From the IMG/VR virus record IMGVR_UViG_3300037418_002577, positions 1 to 64,000 of that record: 64,000 nucleotides of DNA; one strand, written 5' to 3'. The stretch is from a virus (lineage: Duplodnaviria > Caudoviricetes). The notes beneath the pieces were generated by a model that worked only from the letters and a program-made list of their open reading frames with translations, was not told the DNA's origin and did no database searches. Made by a program: the position numbers and the translations under genes. Below are positions 63,555 through 64,000 of this stretch, piece after piece. Positions within the stretch are counted from its first letter, which is position 1. Each line of letters begins with the position of its first letter.

Positions 63555-64000
63555 TTCCGGTTGCGCTGTACCTGCGAATGTCAACGGACGTCCAAGAGCA
63601 CTCGATTCCTGACCAGAGGAAGGCGCTGGTGACATTCGCGGGGCAGCACAAGTACAAGATTGTCGCGGAGTATCTCGACGAAGGGATCTCCGGCGACCGC
63701 ACGGAGAAGCGGGCCGGGTTTCTCCAGATGATTGCCGACTGCGGCAAGGGTAAGTTTCAGCGGATTTTGTGCTGGGATCAAGACCGCTTCGGACGGTTCG
63801 ACCCCTTGGAAGCCGGCTACTGGATTCAGCCGATGCGCGCGGCCGGCGTGATGTTACACACGATCGCCCAAGGCTTGATCGACTGGTCGCAGTTCGAGTC
63901 GCGGATTTTGTACAGCCTGGCTCAGGAAGGAAAACACGCCTTCCTGCGGGATATGTCGCGGAATGTCATCCGCGGCCTCGCGCGGCACTGTAAGGATGGG
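63551..64000 (+). CDS. Large serine recombinase/integrase, truncated by window end
   Basis: Translated by hand: MIPVALYLRMSTDVQEHSIPDQ...YLDEGISG...ILCWDQDRFGR. Confidence 0.9.
   Translation, partial: MIPVALYLRMSTDVQEHSIPDQRKALVTFAGQHKYKIVAEYLDEGISGDRTEKRAGFLQMIADCGKGKFQRILCWDQDRFGRFDPLEAGYWIQPMRAAGVMLHTIAQGLIDWSQFESRILYSLAQEGKHAFLRDMSRNVIRGLARHCKDG

Larger units (their letters stand above)
1..64000. mobile_element. Temperate tailed phage/prophage, probably of a planctomycete; both ends lie outside the window
   Basis: Replication, capsid, terminase, portal, tail, holin-like and serine integrase genes in phage-type operons; no housekeeping genes; DUF1580-like gene suggests Planctomycetota. 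Confidence 0.93.

Noticed and set aside
1-64000. Diversity-generating retroelement, retron, tRNA or rRNA genes
   Set aside because: No reverse transcriptase motif, no template/variable repeat pair, and no tRNA or rRNA signatures found by eye

Overview
The whole 64 kb window reads as one GC-rich temperate tailed phage or prophage; no host genes are visible. The host is probably a planctomycete (DUF1580-like gene), which is an inference. Layout: (1) 1-13.6 kb, rightward replication and accessory operon (YdaU/DUF1376-like pair with 12-bp iterons, helicase-loader-like, RuvC-like, Dam-like, MazG-like, ASCH, HD-domain and many small ORFs joined by repeated junction sequences). (2) 13.6-23.9 kb, leftward accessory operon with a likely anti-restriction cluster. 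(3) 24-54 kb, morphogenesis in an unusual order (scaffold, capsid, decoration, glycosyltransferase/methyltransferase, TerS, TerL, portal), with an inverted second serine recombinase, a second glycosyltransferase, a 20-repeat Pro/Ala/Tyr protein, tail tube, hub and ejection-type proteins. (4) 54-60 kb, putative lysis region with no recognisable peptidoglycan hydrolase. (5) 60-64 kb, morons, a LexA-like HTH and a serine integrase cut by the window edge. Strongest leads: a promoter plus ~120-nt two-state RNA leader before the holin-like gene; a wHTH/PD-(D/E)XK nuclease/structured-RNA cassette with a small antisense RNA; a candidate virion glycosylation system; a protease/esterase-based lysis module; and a second array of the replication-gene iteron motif 61 kb away. 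All family assignments come from motifs read by eye; no database search or folding program was run.
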